A stretch of 64,000 nt of DNA from Squalus acanthias (lineage: Eukaryota). Location: assembly GCA_030390025.1 (NCBI GenBank), contig CM059432.1, forward strand, positions 138,262,001-138,326,000, read 5' to 3'. The first letter of the stretch is position 1. Every line of letters starts with the position of its first letter. The notes below the pieces were generated by a model. It saw only the letters and a program-made list of their open reading frames with translations. It searched no databases and was not told the origin of the DNA. Both the position numbers and the translations under genes were made by a program. Below, one piece after another: positions 63,271 through 64,000 of the stretch.

Positions 63271-64000
63271 GGGGGAGAAATTCATTATAGCCCAGGAATG
63301 GGCGCTAACTTTAGAAAAGTTTGAGAATCAGCGCCAGGGACTAATGATTCAGACTGCACGCAAAAGTCAGTCTCATTGCACAAAGAAAGGATGGGAGCGC
63401 TAAATCAAGCGCTAATGGCCTAGCTCAGTGGTGTTAAACTCAAAGCGCTGACCAATATCAGGTGCAGTCTAATTGCAAGTCATCATTGCCACAGGCTCTT
63501 TCCAGTTCTTAAAGGGGAGGTTCATTGATGCTGCAGAACCTCATTCTCAGCATTGCTGGCTGTGCAGCTGCCTCAGCAAGCACAAGCAGGTCAAGGAGAA
63601 GGAGCCGGATGACCCAAGAAGCTGCACTGATGGCACATCCACACTCCAGGGAGAGAGCCCGCAGATTCAGCGATGAGGCATTGGAGGCGTTGGTCTTCAC
63701 TTTGGAGAGACGGAGGGCGGTGCTGTACCCAGCAAGTAGCAGGAGGCCCTCGCCGCAAGTCTTCCACACCATGTGGAGTGAGGTAGCCCAGCACATCTTG
63801 GGCAGAACTGTGTTTGCACACGAGTTCTGCTGCACGGGACTCAGATGAGGACCTCGATGGGGAGGCCTTTAGAAGAAGGTCCCCAGGACCCACACACAGT
63901 GCAGGAAGAAATTTAATGACCTTACTCGGGTGCTCAGAGTGAGTCAATCCTTCAACAAATGCTACATGCCACCATCTGAGCCACAATCTTCACACACTGC
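63271..64000 (+). mobile_element. Left end of another Harbinger with a Myb/SANT exon 1 remnant (63630-63938), inserted in a Deu-SINE
   Basis: Starts GGGGGAGAAATT. MAHPHSRERARRFSDEALEALV...WSEVA, then after a disruption RTHTQCRKKFNDLTRVLR followed by donor GTGAGT at 63939. Runs off the window. Confidence 0.75.

Overview
Eukaryotic, repeat-dense vertebrate DNA. The repeat repertoire points to a cartilaginous fish, most likely a shark (inference): an HE1-type V-SINE, many Deu-domain SacSINE1-like SINEs, CR1/L2/RTE LINE fragments, PIF/Harbinger elements and MITEs, hAT elements and Penelope-type termini. Most ORFs in the track are TE remnants, antisense shadows or low-complexity artefacts. The only plausible host gene is the 3' end of an unidentified minus-strand gene. 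It has three phase-compatible exons: an alternative terminal exon (56083-55948), a 75-nt hydrophobic cassette exon (47850-47776) and a last exon (from 43033) with a ~4 kb TE-free 3' UTR ending near 39030. Structures confirmed by TSDs or TIRs include a solo LTR (544-976), hAT elements (1524-2128, 31250-31643), a two-gene Harbinger (50982-52965) and several Harbinger MITEs. Other notable items are a divergent fossil non-LTR RT (~8200-9440), a perfect 118-bp inverted duplication enclosing a candidate minimal hammerhead ribozyme (27958-28643), and an inverted pair of young RTE copies flanking the alternative exons. I see no prokaryote-type system (CRISPR etc.) and cannot claim a demonstrably new system; the best leads are listed as findings. 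TE boundaries without TSD support are approximate.
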